Shown: piece by piece, positions 43,758 through 56,200 of the stretch | How the letters are laid out: every line of letters starts with the position of its first letter | Position numbering within the stretch: the stretch's first letter is position 1 | NCBI GenBank assembly: GCA_016718845.1 | Contig: JADKCK010000037.1 | Span: 1-64,000, forward strand | DNA from: Sphingobacteriales bacterium | GTDB lineage: Bacteria > Bacteroidota > Bacteroidia > Chitinophagales > UBA2359 | Reading direction: 5' to 3' | Length of the DNA stretch: 64,000 nt | Notes under the pieces: model-generated | Seen by the model: only the letters and a program-made list of their open reading frames with translations | Told to the model about the DNA's origin: nothing | Databases searched by the model: none | Position numbers and translations under genes: made by a program

Positions 43758-46700
43758 CTATTTAACAATAGATACTGTACCCGATGCTAAACGGTCGGTA
43801 CCCGATAATACAGTATAGTAGTACAAGCCTGTTGGTATGGTACGTGTATCCCACAACAACTCGCCGCTTAGGTTAGTAAATGATAGTTGTGTAATTTCTT
43901 TGCCTGTTGGGTCGGTAATTACCAATAAAATGGCTTCGGTTTTTGAAGGCACGCTGTACGCAAACGTAACATAATCACGGGCAGGGTTGGGGTAAACAGT
44001 AACTGTAGTAAGCAGTTTATTTATGTCTGCTTGTGGGTTAGTACTTATTTGTTTGCCGCTACCCGCAGCGGGTGTTAAATTGGGCAGGGTGGGCAAGCCA
44101 CAATTGCTGCCGTTTACAAAGCACAATATGTTTTGGGCTTGTATGGTAGCCGCATCGGTTGGTGTGCCATTAGCAAGGGTTTGCAGTTGGCTTTTTTCGG
44201 TGTTGGTAAGCTGTAGCCAATTTCGCCCGCTCTCTATCACTTGTCGTTTTAGGGCGTATAGCTGCATATAGGCAGTATGCGGGTTGGGGTTGCGCAATAC
44301 ATACAAATAGCGGTTAGGCATGTCGGACAATAGGGTGCTGCCTGCTGTGCCATTGTTGTGGGTAAGGTAGCTTTCGGCAAGGACATAGTCGGCTGCCGAT
44401 GTGTGTTGGCGTTGTAGCCATTGGTGTAGGTCGGTTAGGTTGGGTATGCTGTCGTTTAGTATGTTAGACACCATCAACTGCCCATTGTGCAGCATTAGGC
44501 TGCGGTAGTTGAGCAGGTTGCGGTACAGCGTTTTTTTCAACGAGCCGGATTCTTGGGTGCACAACAACAAATCGAGCAGGTTTTGGGGTAGTGGGTTGGG
44601 TATGTCGTGGGCTAAAAAATCTAAAAAGGCTTTGTCTTTGCAAGCATCGGCGTTTAGCAATAGTATTTCTATGAGCATGGCATCGGGTAGCGTGCCTGTA
44701 AGGGGCAGCGCGGCGCAATACCTCTTGCGACAGGTTGGGCGATTTGGCTACTAATTGGTTGCGCAGTGTCCAGGCATCGTTGCTCCATACCAAATCTATG
44801 TTATCGAGCAGGGCATTGGTATTGCCATTGTCTATTAGGGCATTGTATAGGTATAGGGTGTTGCCATAGTCGGTTTCGGCTTGCGTAAAACTGTTGGCTA
44901 ATACCTGGCGGGCGGGCTGTGCCAAACCTGATATTTGTTGGCTTTGGTCGGGGCAGGTGTTTGGGTTACTTATATCTCCTTGTACCTGCGTAAACCACTC
45001 TGTAGTAAAATCCAATGCCTGTGTTTGTAGTAGGGCATTATCGTAATATTGCGTAACGGGCAAGCCACTGTGTAGGTAGTAATCGCTTTCGGAGGTGCCG
45101 TTGCGCGAGTACTTATTTTGGGCAGATTGTGTGCCGCCCAAAATGCCATTCTGAAACAAACGTATGCCATTGCCGCCTGCTATGTACATGTCGTACAATC
45201 CTTGGGTGTGGGTGTTGCACTCGTAGTGCAAGCCCATAGCATCAGGGTTTAATGGATCATTTCTATTATCACCCAATGCTAAATTGGCGTAATCTAATTT
45301 AGTAAAGGTGTTGTTATAAATTAGGTTGTTGTTGGGTCCGGTGTTGTTTACCCAAATGCCAATTCTGTTTTGTTGGCTACATTGTTGCCTATAAAGGTGT
45401 TTTTTTGTATCTTGTAGCCAGTACCTGTATATACTATTAAGCCAAAGCCTAGGTTGCCGCGTGCGGGGTTGTGTAGGGTAAAGGTGTTGTTTACAATTTT
45501 GGCAGTGTTTACGTTTTGGGTAATTATGCCTACTGTATTGCCCGTAAAGTTTGACCTTTGTACGCTAATGGTGTGGTTGCCAGCGGCGCGGGTAGCTTTA
45601 ATGCCACACGATAGTTTTTGGAAGGTACAAGCATCGGCAGCGCTGTTACTGCCTACTTTGTATCCGGCATCAATAGAGTATATGCCATAGAAGTTTTGTT
45701 GTGCATCGGGTAGGTTGGTGTTGTTGTTGATGAAGTTACATTTTTTAAACTGTACGCCGTCTACGTCCCACATAGTAACGCGGTGTATGGGGTCGGTGTT
45801 GCGGTAGTTGTTGTCTATGGTAAAGGTGCAGTTGTAAAAGTTGCTTAGGTTTGGGTGCGAGAATCCGCTGTAGTAGTTGTTGTATTGCATAAACTCTAGG
45901 TCGCGGTGGTTGTTGGTAAAAGTTGCGCCGTTGGCAATAATAATACCGCCTGCTGTGTTGGCATCGCTGCCGTTCCAGGTGCTTATGGCATCGCGGGCGT
46001 GTTCTATTTTGGCACCAGCATTAATAGTTACTTTGCCCTGTAAGCAATCGGGATAAGAACCTGTTTGCCCTAATGTTTTGTTACCCAGTACTCTAATCCC
46101 GCCCCACATATCGCCGCAGGCATTGGTTATTTTGCCGTTTATTATTAGTTCGGCACTTGGCTCTACTATAATAAACGCATTGGCTGCCATATTAAGTGTG
46201 CCATTAATGGTTAAGCTTTTATGTGCTTGTACCCTAATGGTGTTGGCTGCATTTATTACCCTGCCTTGTTGGTAAATGGTGTTTTCGGTAATCAGGTAAT
46301 CTTGTGCAAAGTCGGCATTGTCTAAGTTCGATTGCCAAATACCTCGCCCAAATGTGCCAATGTGTAGTAAGCGTTTGCAATAATCTATCTCCAAATCAGT
46401 AACAATACAAACCGGTAAATTGTGGTTAAAACAGCCCCATGCATTTGTAGCAGGGTTGTAGCGGTATACGCCAACATCGGTGCCTGCATATAATATGCCA
46501 TTAGAGCCATTTACGTAAGCTAAGGCATTGACCGGAAAAGGCGTTAAACCATTGTTAAGCGACATGTCGGTAAAAGTTAGTCCACCATTGATTGATTCTT
46601 CTACTCGTCCCTGAGTTTGTCCGGTGTCATCTGTCGGAAACCCGCCTTTGGCTATACAAATATGGTTGGGGTTACGCGGGTCTATGGCTATGGCATTCAC

Positions 46701-48950
46701 ACGCCCATGAATATACGATACCACCGACCAAGCACCTGTGCCTCCATTTTCGCTTTTGAACAAGGCAGTGCCCTCTTTCCAATCTTCTACGTTAGGGTTG
46801 GGGTCATTATCGTATTTAATGTCGCCTGCCAAATCAACAATATTGCCATTAGAGGGTGCTGCGCTTAACGCTCGTGCATTAAAGTATATTATAGGGTAGG
46901 TTGTTCCGTAGACGTTGACAAAATAATCACCCAATGCTAAATTTTTAGAAAAAGTAGGGTTAGGTAATGTGCCTGTACCGTCTATTATCTGAAAAAACTC
47001 GTCTTTAGCAAAATACAGGGTACTACTTTGTTCGGGTTTGGCGGTCATTAAAAAATCATCAAATACCGAACCTATGTTATTAGTATACACGGTTGTTAGG
47101 CTACTAATGTTATCGTTAACCGATTTAAATAAGTTGGCGTTACCTCTTCCATAAATAGTAGTTGGGGTATTGGCATCCATAATTGTGTGTCCTCCATCGC
47201 CGTAGGCATACAAAGACCATTGCCCATTAGTTTGCCTTAGGTAGGTATGGTTGTCTTGTGCCCCACCTGCAATAATGCCTGGTCTGGCAGACGAATTAGT
47301 AATGTCGTAAAATTGGGTAAGAATTAGGGTAGATCCATTAAGGTTTGCCCAACTAATGCCGCCATCAGTACTTTTACTTACTCCACCATCTGTGCCTATC
47401 AATATTACATCATTTACGCCACCAGTGTTAGGTGTATAAATTTGGAAACCGCGCAAATCCGCATGTTGATCGTCTGAGTCGGGGCAGGTTGTTGCAGATG
47501 ATGAAAGAGCTGGGAGAAAAGAACTTCCCAAATCGATAGATTTTTGAAGGCATAATTTACCGCTATAAATAACCGAAAAGTCGGCATCGCTTATTTCAAA
47601 ACCTGCACCAAAAAAGCCTACATCTGTGTTAACGGTAGCATTAAGTACTTGCCATTTTGCATCGGGTGTGGCTAAGTCTAACGACATATAGGGTTTGTTA
47701 TGTAGGGTGTTACCTATAATTGCTCCTTGTGCATCAGTAATTTCTTCGTAGTCGTTATACATAGCAAATATTTTTCCGGGTGCAAAAGCACTTACATCAA
47801 CATGAAAAGCTTCGGTTTTAAAATAATAACCCGCCGGGTTTTGCATATTAGATGCGTTAGGGCTAATAACTTGCCAAGTAGCTCCGGCATCAATACTTTT
47901 GTATATATTAGCCCCACTGTAAGGCCAGCCATGTTTTTTAGTAGACAAAACAAGGGTATTAGCTAAACCAGGAATAATTTCTACACCACTAAAAGTTTCG
48001 TCCCATTGTAAAGTTAATGTACTTGTTACGTTTTGCCAGTTTATTCCCCCATCCGTTGTTTTCCAGAGTTTACTTTGCCCTAATGCATAAATGGTGTTGT
48101 AGGTAGCATCTGTTTCATCGAACATTAATTTTTCGATTGGTTGTTGTTCTACGGCTGTATAGTCTAAGCTGGTAGCCGCCCATGTGTTGCCCCCATCTGT
48201 CGATTTAAATACACCAACGCCATAATTTTCAAAAAAACCTACCGAATTACCTGTTCCAATATACATAGTAGTAGGTGGCTCTGTTCCATTTGGTTTGGCA
48301 ATAATTGCAATTACGCCTAAACCTGGTAGGCGCAGTTGGTCGGTTAGGTTTTGCCAGTGTACGCCATTATCGGTAGTTTTCCACAAACCAGCTGTATTAG
48401 AGCCTGCAAAAATAGTATTTACTGGCGATTGCCCAGGTGGGGCATATACACAACGCACATAACCCGAGTTTTGGCTAGCAGTTATTACGGGTCCTAATTG
48501 TTGCCAGTTGCTGTTGCCCGAGTTACAAATAGTATTGGGGTTAGTAAGGACAGATAGGTATTGTGCGTAGGCATTAAAATTGCCTGTTGCACCTACTCTG
48601 TTACTCCAAAAGTTTTCCCAACGTGTAAATCGATGGGCAAAGTTTTGGTCTTCGGGGTGTTGGCTAATGTACTGTCTGGCTTGTCGAGCAATTTCGTAAA
48701 ACGAGGTCGTTTTTTTATTCATCGCCGTATACAAAGCAACTACTTGCGGATTTGTTACTTCGGTTGCTTCCTCCTCTTCGTAGCCCTGCCCCAAAACCAA
48801 TTGCCCGCTTCCTATCACGGCGCAACAGGTTAAAACAAGGCTATAAAGCCCACATATTACCCCCCCCCTAATATGTAATAGGTTGGGAAGTAAAGACAGT
48901 AAGGGGTTTAATACGCCCTTTCTCAACGCGGGAATTAAATTTCTGTTCAT
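43758..48950 (-). CDS. very large T9SS-secreted protein with BNR/sialidase-like repeats and right-handed beta-helix repeats; the frame is apparently broken twice (45277-45347 and ~44680-44700)
   Basis: BNR motifs are STDGGNTW, TTDGGINW, SIDAGATW and STDGGISW. A beta-helix region follows (NFTGNTVGIITQNVNTAKIVNNTFT...). ORFs 45348..48950, 44464..45276 and 43758..44678 are collinear, and the last one ends in a T9SS CTD. The start is uncertain. Confidence 0.45.
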
Positions 48951-49142
48951 CTTGTTAAAGATTTGTTTTTGAACGTGAAAAATTAGGGAATAATATTACA
49001 ATATGGTGATGTGAAGATGTATGAGCTTGTCACCATTTCATTCCTTCACCACTTCACCACTTTTACGAAGAGCAAAAATACTAAAACTTTTTTAAACTTG
49101 CTTAGTTTTGGTACACACACTAACACATTTATTTTTTAAAAT

Positions 49143-49290
49143 CCCCCCCTTGCCCCCCTTCGAGGGGGGGAATACATACATACATACACACCTTTTACGT
49201 GTCGGGACACAATCCTACTACCATTATATCCGTAGCAAGAGGGTTTAAACCCTCCGTTACGGATAAAATGGTACATCTTTACACTGCAAC
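49143..49290. repeat. GC-rich hairpin mini-element (cccccccttgccccccttcgaggggggg) followed by a long imperfect hairpin (ccattatatccgtagcaagaggg-tttaaa-ccctccgttacggataaaatgg)
   Basis: This is an intergenic copy of the family seen inside CDSs. A ~50-nt near-palindrome is adjacent. Confidence 0.5.
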
Positions 49291-49319
49291 ATTGTTTTAA
49301 ACAGCCCCAAAGCAAGGCG

Positions 49320-49680
49320 AAAATGTCTTGTTGCGCGCTTGCAATGCTACGTTGCGCGCTTGCAATGCTACGTTGCGCGCTTGCAATGCTACGTTGCGCT
49401 TGCAATGCTACGTTGCGCGCTTGCAATGCTACGTTGCGCGCTTGCAATGCTACGTTGCGCGCTTGCAATGCTACGTTGCGCGCTTGCAATGCTACGTTGC
49501 GCGCTTGCAATGCTACGTTGCGCGCTTGCAATGCTACGTTGCGCGCTTGCAATGCTACGTTGCGCGATGCTCGTTGCGCTTGCAATGCTACGTTGCTTGC
49601 AATGCTACGTTGCTTGCAATGCCACGTTGCGCTTGCAATACCACGTTGCGCGCTTGCAATACCACGTTGCGCGTAAAAAA
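49320..49680. repeat. 21-bp tandem satellite (gcgcttgcaatgctacgttgc x~14, degenerating at the 3' end)
   Basis: The repeats are perfect 21-mers with an internal gcgcgc / ttgcaa dyad. All ORFs across it are repetitive artefacts. Confidence 0.85.
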
Positions 49681-49795
49681 ACGTGTAAAAAAAAGCAGAA
49701 ATTTAGTTTTTTTTTGCTTTTCATGCAACCAAACACAATTTTGTTCGTCTATATACCGTTCTATAACAGTTAAAAACTTTAAAATCAATTATCCA

Positions 49796-50062
49796 ATGAA
49801 AAAAGTCTATTATCCTCGAACAGAGGGCAACGTACCAAAGTATTTCAGCAACATTGCCAATTTGCTGAACACTAAATTAGCTGCCAAATATGGCGTTTCT
49901 GCTACCGATTTGGCACTAATAAACGACTATAACCAGCAAATACCGCTTGTAATAGCCAAAGCACACGACGATACACAAATAGCACAGGCAAGTACCAACA
50001 CCAAAAACACTATAGCAATGCTAAAACGGCTCAAAACGAGTAATAAGCAACCTAACTACTAA
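49796..50062 (+). CDS. small hypothetical protein (88 aa)
   Basis: ATG 49796 opens MKKVYYPRTEGNVPKYF.... There is no recognisable domain. The downstream ORF (to 50363) has Fn3-like sequence in a different frame, so this may be another fragmented gene. Confidence 0.3.
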   Translation: MKKVYYPRTEGNVPKYFSNIANLLNTKLAAKYGVSATDLALINDYNQQIPLVIAKAHDDTQIAQASTNTKNTIAMLKRLKTSNKQPNY

Positions 50063-50676
50063 TCCCGATTTTGACGAAGCCGACGCCGAAGCCATGGGCA
50101 TACGCCAAGATAGTACCCCCATTAACCCCAACGATGCCAAAGCCCATATTACAGGCATTACCGTACTGCCCGACCAAGTAATTATTGATTGGCTAAAAGG
50201 ACAAATGCACGGCGTATTGGTAGAAACAAGCTACGATGGAGCAAACTGGGTAAAACTAGACAAAGACAACCGCTCGCCCTACGAAGATACCCGCAAAACC
50301 AAGTACATCAGCAAGCCGAAACCCGCCATTATCGCCTACGCTATATCTACAAAGACCAATTAGTGGGGCATTACTCCGATGTGGTAAAAGCCGAAGTGGC
50401 TATTTATTAGCTCTTGCTTGTCTATTAGTTATAACCTAAAAAAACAACAAGAAACACCGAGAACACAGAGATGTTACTCTATGTTTTCGGTGTTTTGTTA
50501 TAAAATAACCTTCCTAATGAGGTACAAAAAACAAAGCTATTAACCCCACAGCTAACACAACTACCAATCTTTGCAAAGCTAACCACACATTTGTCGTAGC
50601 ACAAAAAAACATCGTGCAACCATTAAAGCCTTTTAATCATCTACACAGCATCTTATTTACACCAAAATAACAACTA

Positions 50677-52019
50677 ATGAAAAAGATGTTCGCCTTTGTG
50701 CTTTATGTTTTTAGTTTTTGTGTAGCTAATGCACTTACAGCAGCTACCTATTTTCCCCCATGCCAAGCATCGTTTGGCACTATCATCAACCCCAATCAGC
50801 AAGTATTGTGTGCAGGCAGCAACAATACCGAGTTAATTTTGGTAGATGATGCAGCGTTTCCGTACACTACCCTATATTTATTGGTTGATGATGATGCAGG
50901 TATTGTTAGGGCGATGCAGCCAAACAGTATCTTTGCATTGGCAGATGCCGCAGCAGGCTCGTACCACATCTACCCCATAAACCTACTTGCCGAGCAATTG
51001 CCAAGCCTGTACAACTTAGTACAAACTTCATCTACCCCAATAAATACCCTCGATACTATGTTGCAAAACAATAGTGTGTGCTTTGCATTAGATACTGTTG
51101 GTGTAGGTATAGAGGTGTTAGAGCCGCTTGGGTTGTTTATAAACGAAGAGTGTGAGTTTGACTTAGATTACATAGAATTAGTAGTAACTTTCTTTGGAGG
51201 TTATCCACAGTATAATCCAGACTCTGTTTATGCGCTAAATGGATCTTTGAATGGAGAGTTTGTTTATGGAGATACAGTTGTACAATGGTTTGCAGATAAC
51301 GTTATTTATGACTTAATACTTACAGCAGGTGGTTGCGAGGAGGTGTTGATGAAAGAAGATATAGTTACATGTAGTTTGTGCAATAACTATCCAGGTCAGT
51401 TAAACGTAGATACTAGTATTATTTGCAATGGTGTAGTTAGTGTTGATGTAATTGATGAAGATGTAGAAGGGGCTATTTTAGTTTATGTGTTACACAATAC
51501 GCCTCCTTTATTTACTACATCGGATACCTTATTTAATGTATTGGCTATCAACAGCAGTGGTATATTTGACCTAAACAATGTACCTAACCTAATAGAGGGT
51601 GCAACCTATTATCTATCGGCAGTTATAGGGGACGACGGTATTTGGAAAATGGAGTGATTGATGATTATACTGATGGTTGTACAGTGGTGTCGGAGAGTAA
51701 GCAGTTTGTTTACCACACCAATTGCGACCCAATAGGTATCAACACACCAACACATTTGGGTGCATTACAGTTACAATTAAGTCCTGTGCCTGCCCATAAT
51801 GTATTGCAGATAACTTATGTAGCTACACAAAAAAGCACCATAAACGCAGTAGTTTATGATGCTTTGGGTAGCGTACTTGATGTGTTTTGTGTGGCTGCCA
51901 ACGAGGGTAAAGGTACATATCCCTTGGCTATTGATAGCTATGCTTCGGGGATTTATTTTGTGCGGCTAAACGATAGTCAATACAGTGCAGTAGCTAAGTT
52001 TGTGAGGAGGAAGGAGTGA
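50677..52019 (+). CDS. T9SS-secreted hypothetical protein, reading frame broken at about 51645-51657
   Basis: A signal peptide MKKMFAFVLYVFSFCVANA is present. The second ORF (51642..52019) ends with a T9SS CTD (...SGIYFVRLNDSQYSAVAKFV). The two ORFs overlap by 16 bp. Confidence 0.5.
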
Positions 52020-52262
52020 AGGAGGAGGAGCGAAGGAGTGAAGAAGGAAACAGTGAAGGAGTGAAGGAGTGAAGATAAGGAGTGAAGGAGTGAAGATGAA
52101 GGAAGGAGTGAAGGAGTGAAAGGAGTGAAGGAGTGAAGGAGTGAAGGAGCGAAGGAGCGAAGGAGTGAAGGAGCGAAGGAGTGAAGGAGTGAAAACTCAC
52201 CACTTCACCACATCGCAACATCGCAACATCACCACATCGAAAACATCGCCACATCACAACAT
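52020..52262. repeat. tandem GTGAAGGA(G) octamer tract (~20 copies) continuing into CACCACTTCACCACATCGCAACATC... degenerate repeats
   Basis: The tract is gagtgaaggagtgaaggagtgaagataaggagtgaagg.... It belongs to the same family as 41095-41200 and lies between convergent gene ends. Confidence 0.8.
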
Positions 52263-52270
52263 CACCACTG

Positions 52271-52807
52271 TTAAAACTCGTTTTTCCACATCATCGACTC
52301 TACGGGTTTTATGGTTCGGGTGGTGTATTTGGCGTTGTGTTTGTTGGCGTAGTTGTTGTTTACGTCGCCATCTATCATAAAATAGATAAGTTGCCCTATG
52401 GGCATACCTGCATATACGCGCACGGGTTGCACACACGATATTTCGAGTGTCCAGGTGTTGCAAAAACCTACATCGCCCTTGCCTGCGGTGGCATGAATAT
52501 CGATGCCCAAACGCCCAATACTTGATTTACCCTCTAAGAAAGGCACATGGCGGTGGGTTTCGGTGTATTCTTCGGTGGCTCCGAGGTATAAAGTGCCGGG
52601 TTGTAAGATATAGCCTTCGGGCGGAATGATGATTTCTTCAATCTCGTTATGCTTTTTGGCATCTAAGATGTGGCTTTTGTAGATAGCAAGGTATTTACTT
52701 AGGTGTACGTCGTAGGAGTTGCTGCCCAAACACTCGGGTCTAAAAGGCTCAATAACAATGTGGTTGTTGGCTATTTCTGTTAAAATAGCTTTGTCGGATA
52801 GTATCAT
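52271..52807 (-). CDS. dcd: dCTP deaminase
   Basis: The protein starts MILSDKAILTEIANNHIVIEP and is 178 aa. It has the dUTPase-like fold motifs GSNSYDV and GRLGIDIHATAG. Confidence 0.8.
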   Translation of the reverse strand: MILSDKAILTEIANNHIVIEPFRPECLGSNSYDVHLSKYLAIYKSHILDAKKHNEIEEIIIPPEGYILQPGTLYLGATEEYTETHRHVPFLEGKSSIGRLGIDIHATAGKGDVGFCNTWTLEISCVQPVRVYAGMPIGQLIYFMIDGDVNNNYANKHNAKYTTRTIKPVESMMWKNEF

Positions 52808-52889
52808 TGTGGGAAATTTATGGTAAGATTAGATGTGCAGTTTAATAGTATCGAGTAAGGTTTCTTGAAGTTGGTACTTATATTGCTAC

Positions 52890-53085
52890 TACCATAGGCG
52901 ATACAAGTATTGCTACTACCAGAGCAAGTATCGCTATAACATAGGCGATACAAGTATTGCTACTACCAGAGCAAGTATCGCTATAACATAGGCGATACAA
53001 GTATTGCTACTACCAGAGCAAGTATCGTTTACACCATAGGCGATACAAGTATTGCTACTACCAGAGCAAGTATCGCTACTACCAG
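52890..53085. repeat. 47-bp tandem repeat x4 (ataggcgatacaagtattgctactaccagagcaagtatcgctataac) with internal dyad (gcgatac...gtatcgc)
   Basis: Four near-identical units lie in the intergenic region. Each can fold into a short hairpin. Confidence 0.7.
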
Positions 53086-53221
53086 ATGAAGCATCAAAGG
53101 TACGACATAAAAGCAAACGAGCTAAGTAGTTGGCTGAAAAAAGTAGCTACTATATCAAAACACGCTGCCCAATTGTAGTTTGGGCAGCGTGTTTGTGGTA
53201 TAGGTTGTGGGTAATGATAGG

Positions 53222-56200
53222 CTATTTAACCACTACCAACTTTTGATTTACACGGGTTACACCATCATTCAACTCTACCAAATAATAACCTTGTGGCAAT
53301 GCGGTAAGGTCTATGTTTAGTTGGTTTTCGCCCAAAGTAGCATTAGCTTGTTGTTGCAATACGGTTTTACCCAAGGCATCAAACAGGCGTATGGTAATTG
53401 GGTTTTCGGTGTCGGTGTAGTAGTTAATGGTAACGGCATTATTGGCGGGGTTAGGTGTAAGTGTTAATGCTTCGGCAGTAAATTCGTTGTCGGTTTTTGC
53501 TGCGTCTTGTTCGTCGGCATACAACATACCTGCACAGCCTGCTGTAACAAAGGTATTGAGGGTGCTAAATGCACTTGATGTACCGCCAGTACAGTTGGCA
53601 CGCACCTTCCACTCGTAGTTTTTGCAGGCACTTAGGGTGTTAACTGTTTTTGAGTTGCCTGTAAGCGGACCAATGGTTGTCCAGGTGGCAGTACCTACTT
53701 TGCGTCCTTGTATGGTATAGTTTGTTGCTCCTGCCACCGAACTCCACTGTAATTTAGCGCTGGTATTGGTAATGTTTACCACATTAAGCGTAGCAGGTGG
53801 ATTAAGGTTTGAGGTGATGCTGGCACTGGCGGTAGCAGTACAGTTGGTAGCATCGCTAACGGTAACGGTGTAGGTAGCCGCCGATAGGTTATTGATAGTA
53901 CTGCTTATTTGTCCGTTGCTCCAAGCAAGGCTGTAGGGGGCTGTGCCGCCTGTGCTTGTTGCACTCATCGAGCCTAAAGCGCCGCAGGCAGCATTGTTAA
54001 CATTGCCTATGGTGGTAGTAGGTGTTGATTGAGTAATGGTAGCTGCTGCTGTAGCCGTACAAGCATTGGCAGCCGTAACGGTAACGGTATAGGTTCCACT
54101 CGATGCGGCATTAATGCCCGATGTGGTGCTACCGTTGCTCCACAAATACGCGGTATAAGTACCACCTGTTGGGGTTAAAGTAGCTGTTTGTCCAGCGCAA
54201 ATGTTGGCATTAGTTAAGTTAGCGGTTGGTTTTGCTTTTAGTTGTAGGGTAACAGTGCTAATGGCAAAACAACTGTTGGGTAACTCTACGCGGGCATATA
54301 CAGTTGCGGCGGGACTATTGTACGAGGTGGCGTTAAGGGCGTTAGTGCCATTTTGTGCATCGTTTTGGTTAGCAAAAAAGCGTGCCGAAACACCTACTAA
54401 ACTACTTGGTACAACGGCAGCACTACTTAAATTAAAGTTGGCAGTACCATTACCTAAGTCGCAGGCTTGTAGGGTGGCATTGTTGGCAGTTACGCCCAAA
54501 GCACCTGTACCGCCTGTTTGTTGTAAGATGATGTTGGCTGTTGATGAGGTAAAGTTAGTAACCAACACCAAAAAGCCCTGACCAGCGGCTGTTACTGTTA
54601 GGTTTGCGGTTCCGCCTATGGTTCCTGTATAATCGCAAGAAATAGGTGCAGGTAGTGTGCCACAACTAACGGCGGCTTCGCTGCTAAATGGTCCCCAAAC
54701 AGCATAGTCAATATCAATAGCTGGTGATGCGTTTATGTTAAGTGTAACCGTACCTAATTTAGAGGCAGGCAACCAGAACCAACGCGGTTTGGGTCGTTGG
54801 CTTAAACAACCATAGTTATTGCCTGTTTCGGCGGTACCTGTGGTGGATACTGGATAGGTAAAAGGAGCATTTAAGCAGGCACGCACGGCTGTAAAGCAAC
54901 AAACGGCTACGGTTTTGGTAGCTGTGGCATTACAACCATTAGCATCGGTAATGGTAACGGTATAAGTGCCTGCATCTACATTAGTGCGGTTTTGGGTAGT
55001 TACGCCATCGTTCCATGCAAAGGTATAGGGGGCGGTGCCGCTGCTAACAGCAAGGTTGAGCGATACATTTGCGCTACAAGTGCCACCGCTAATAGTGCCG
55101 CTTGGTGCTGCTGCCAATGCCAAAGTAATGGTGCTAATGGCATAACAACCCGTTGACGACTCTACGCGGGCATATACCGTTGTGGCTGCCGACACATAAG
55201 GCGTTTGGGCAATGGCGTTGGTTTTGTTATTGGCATCGGCTAAGGTTGGATAATAAGATACCGTTGCCCCTGTTAGCGATGCGGGTACAACGGCGGCATT
55301 GCTCAACACAAAACTACCGGTATTGTTGCCTGTATTGCACGCTGTAAGGGTAGCTGCTTGTGCCGTAACACCCACAGAGCCTGTACCGCCCGTTTGTTGT
55401 AATACAATATTGGTGATGGCTGCACTTTGGTTGGTGGTTAATAGCAAATAAACTTGTCCGGCGGTAGCACCTGTAAGGGTAAAGTTGGTATTGGGTGCGG
55501 GTCCGCTTTCGCAATGGATAGGCGTACCTAAACTACCACAGCTACCTAATGCGGCGGCTACGTTGGCAAATGGTCCCCAAACGGCGTAGTTTATGTTTGC
55601 ACCGGCGGTATTATTGGCGCTGATGCTGATGTTGCCGCTGCTGCTAACGGGCAGGTAAGTCCATCCGCGGTTACTGGTATTGTTGATACAGCCAATAGCT
55701 CCTGTATTGTTCGACGAGGTGTTGGCGGGGTACGAAAACGCACCATTTAAACACACCTGCATAGCCAAGCTGCACGAAGGTGGCAAGGTAGGTGTGTAGT
55801 AGTATTGTGCTACAAACTCTTCTAGATGGTCGTTTACTAAGGTAAAATTGTTTAACAATACATCGCTAATACTAATAGAGGCATTGGAGTAGTAAAGGCG
55901 CAAAAAAGGAGCAAAGTCGTCGATGTGTTCTATGTGTGTGGTATCGCTTGGATAAATAATAACCCTGCCTGTTGTGGCATTATAGTATACATTGGCATTA
56001 TAGTCGGCAATTGGTTGTAATACAGCATTGGTAATATTTATGCCGCTTACATCAAACTGCAAAGCGTGCAAATGTGTAATAGGCGAACGAAGGTAAATGT
56101 CAATGTATTGATTGGCGGCGCTATAATTGCCAATGGCAAACCAAGCGGTATCGTTGGGGTTGTAGATATTAAAGGCGGGCAGGTCGCAGTGGTCATGACC

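Noticed and set aside
49323-50062. Long repetitive ORFs (CNATLRACNATLR..., LQCYVARLQCYVAR...) across 49320-49680
   Set aside because: They are translations of the 21-bp satellite in several frames and have no start context or non-repetitive sequence.
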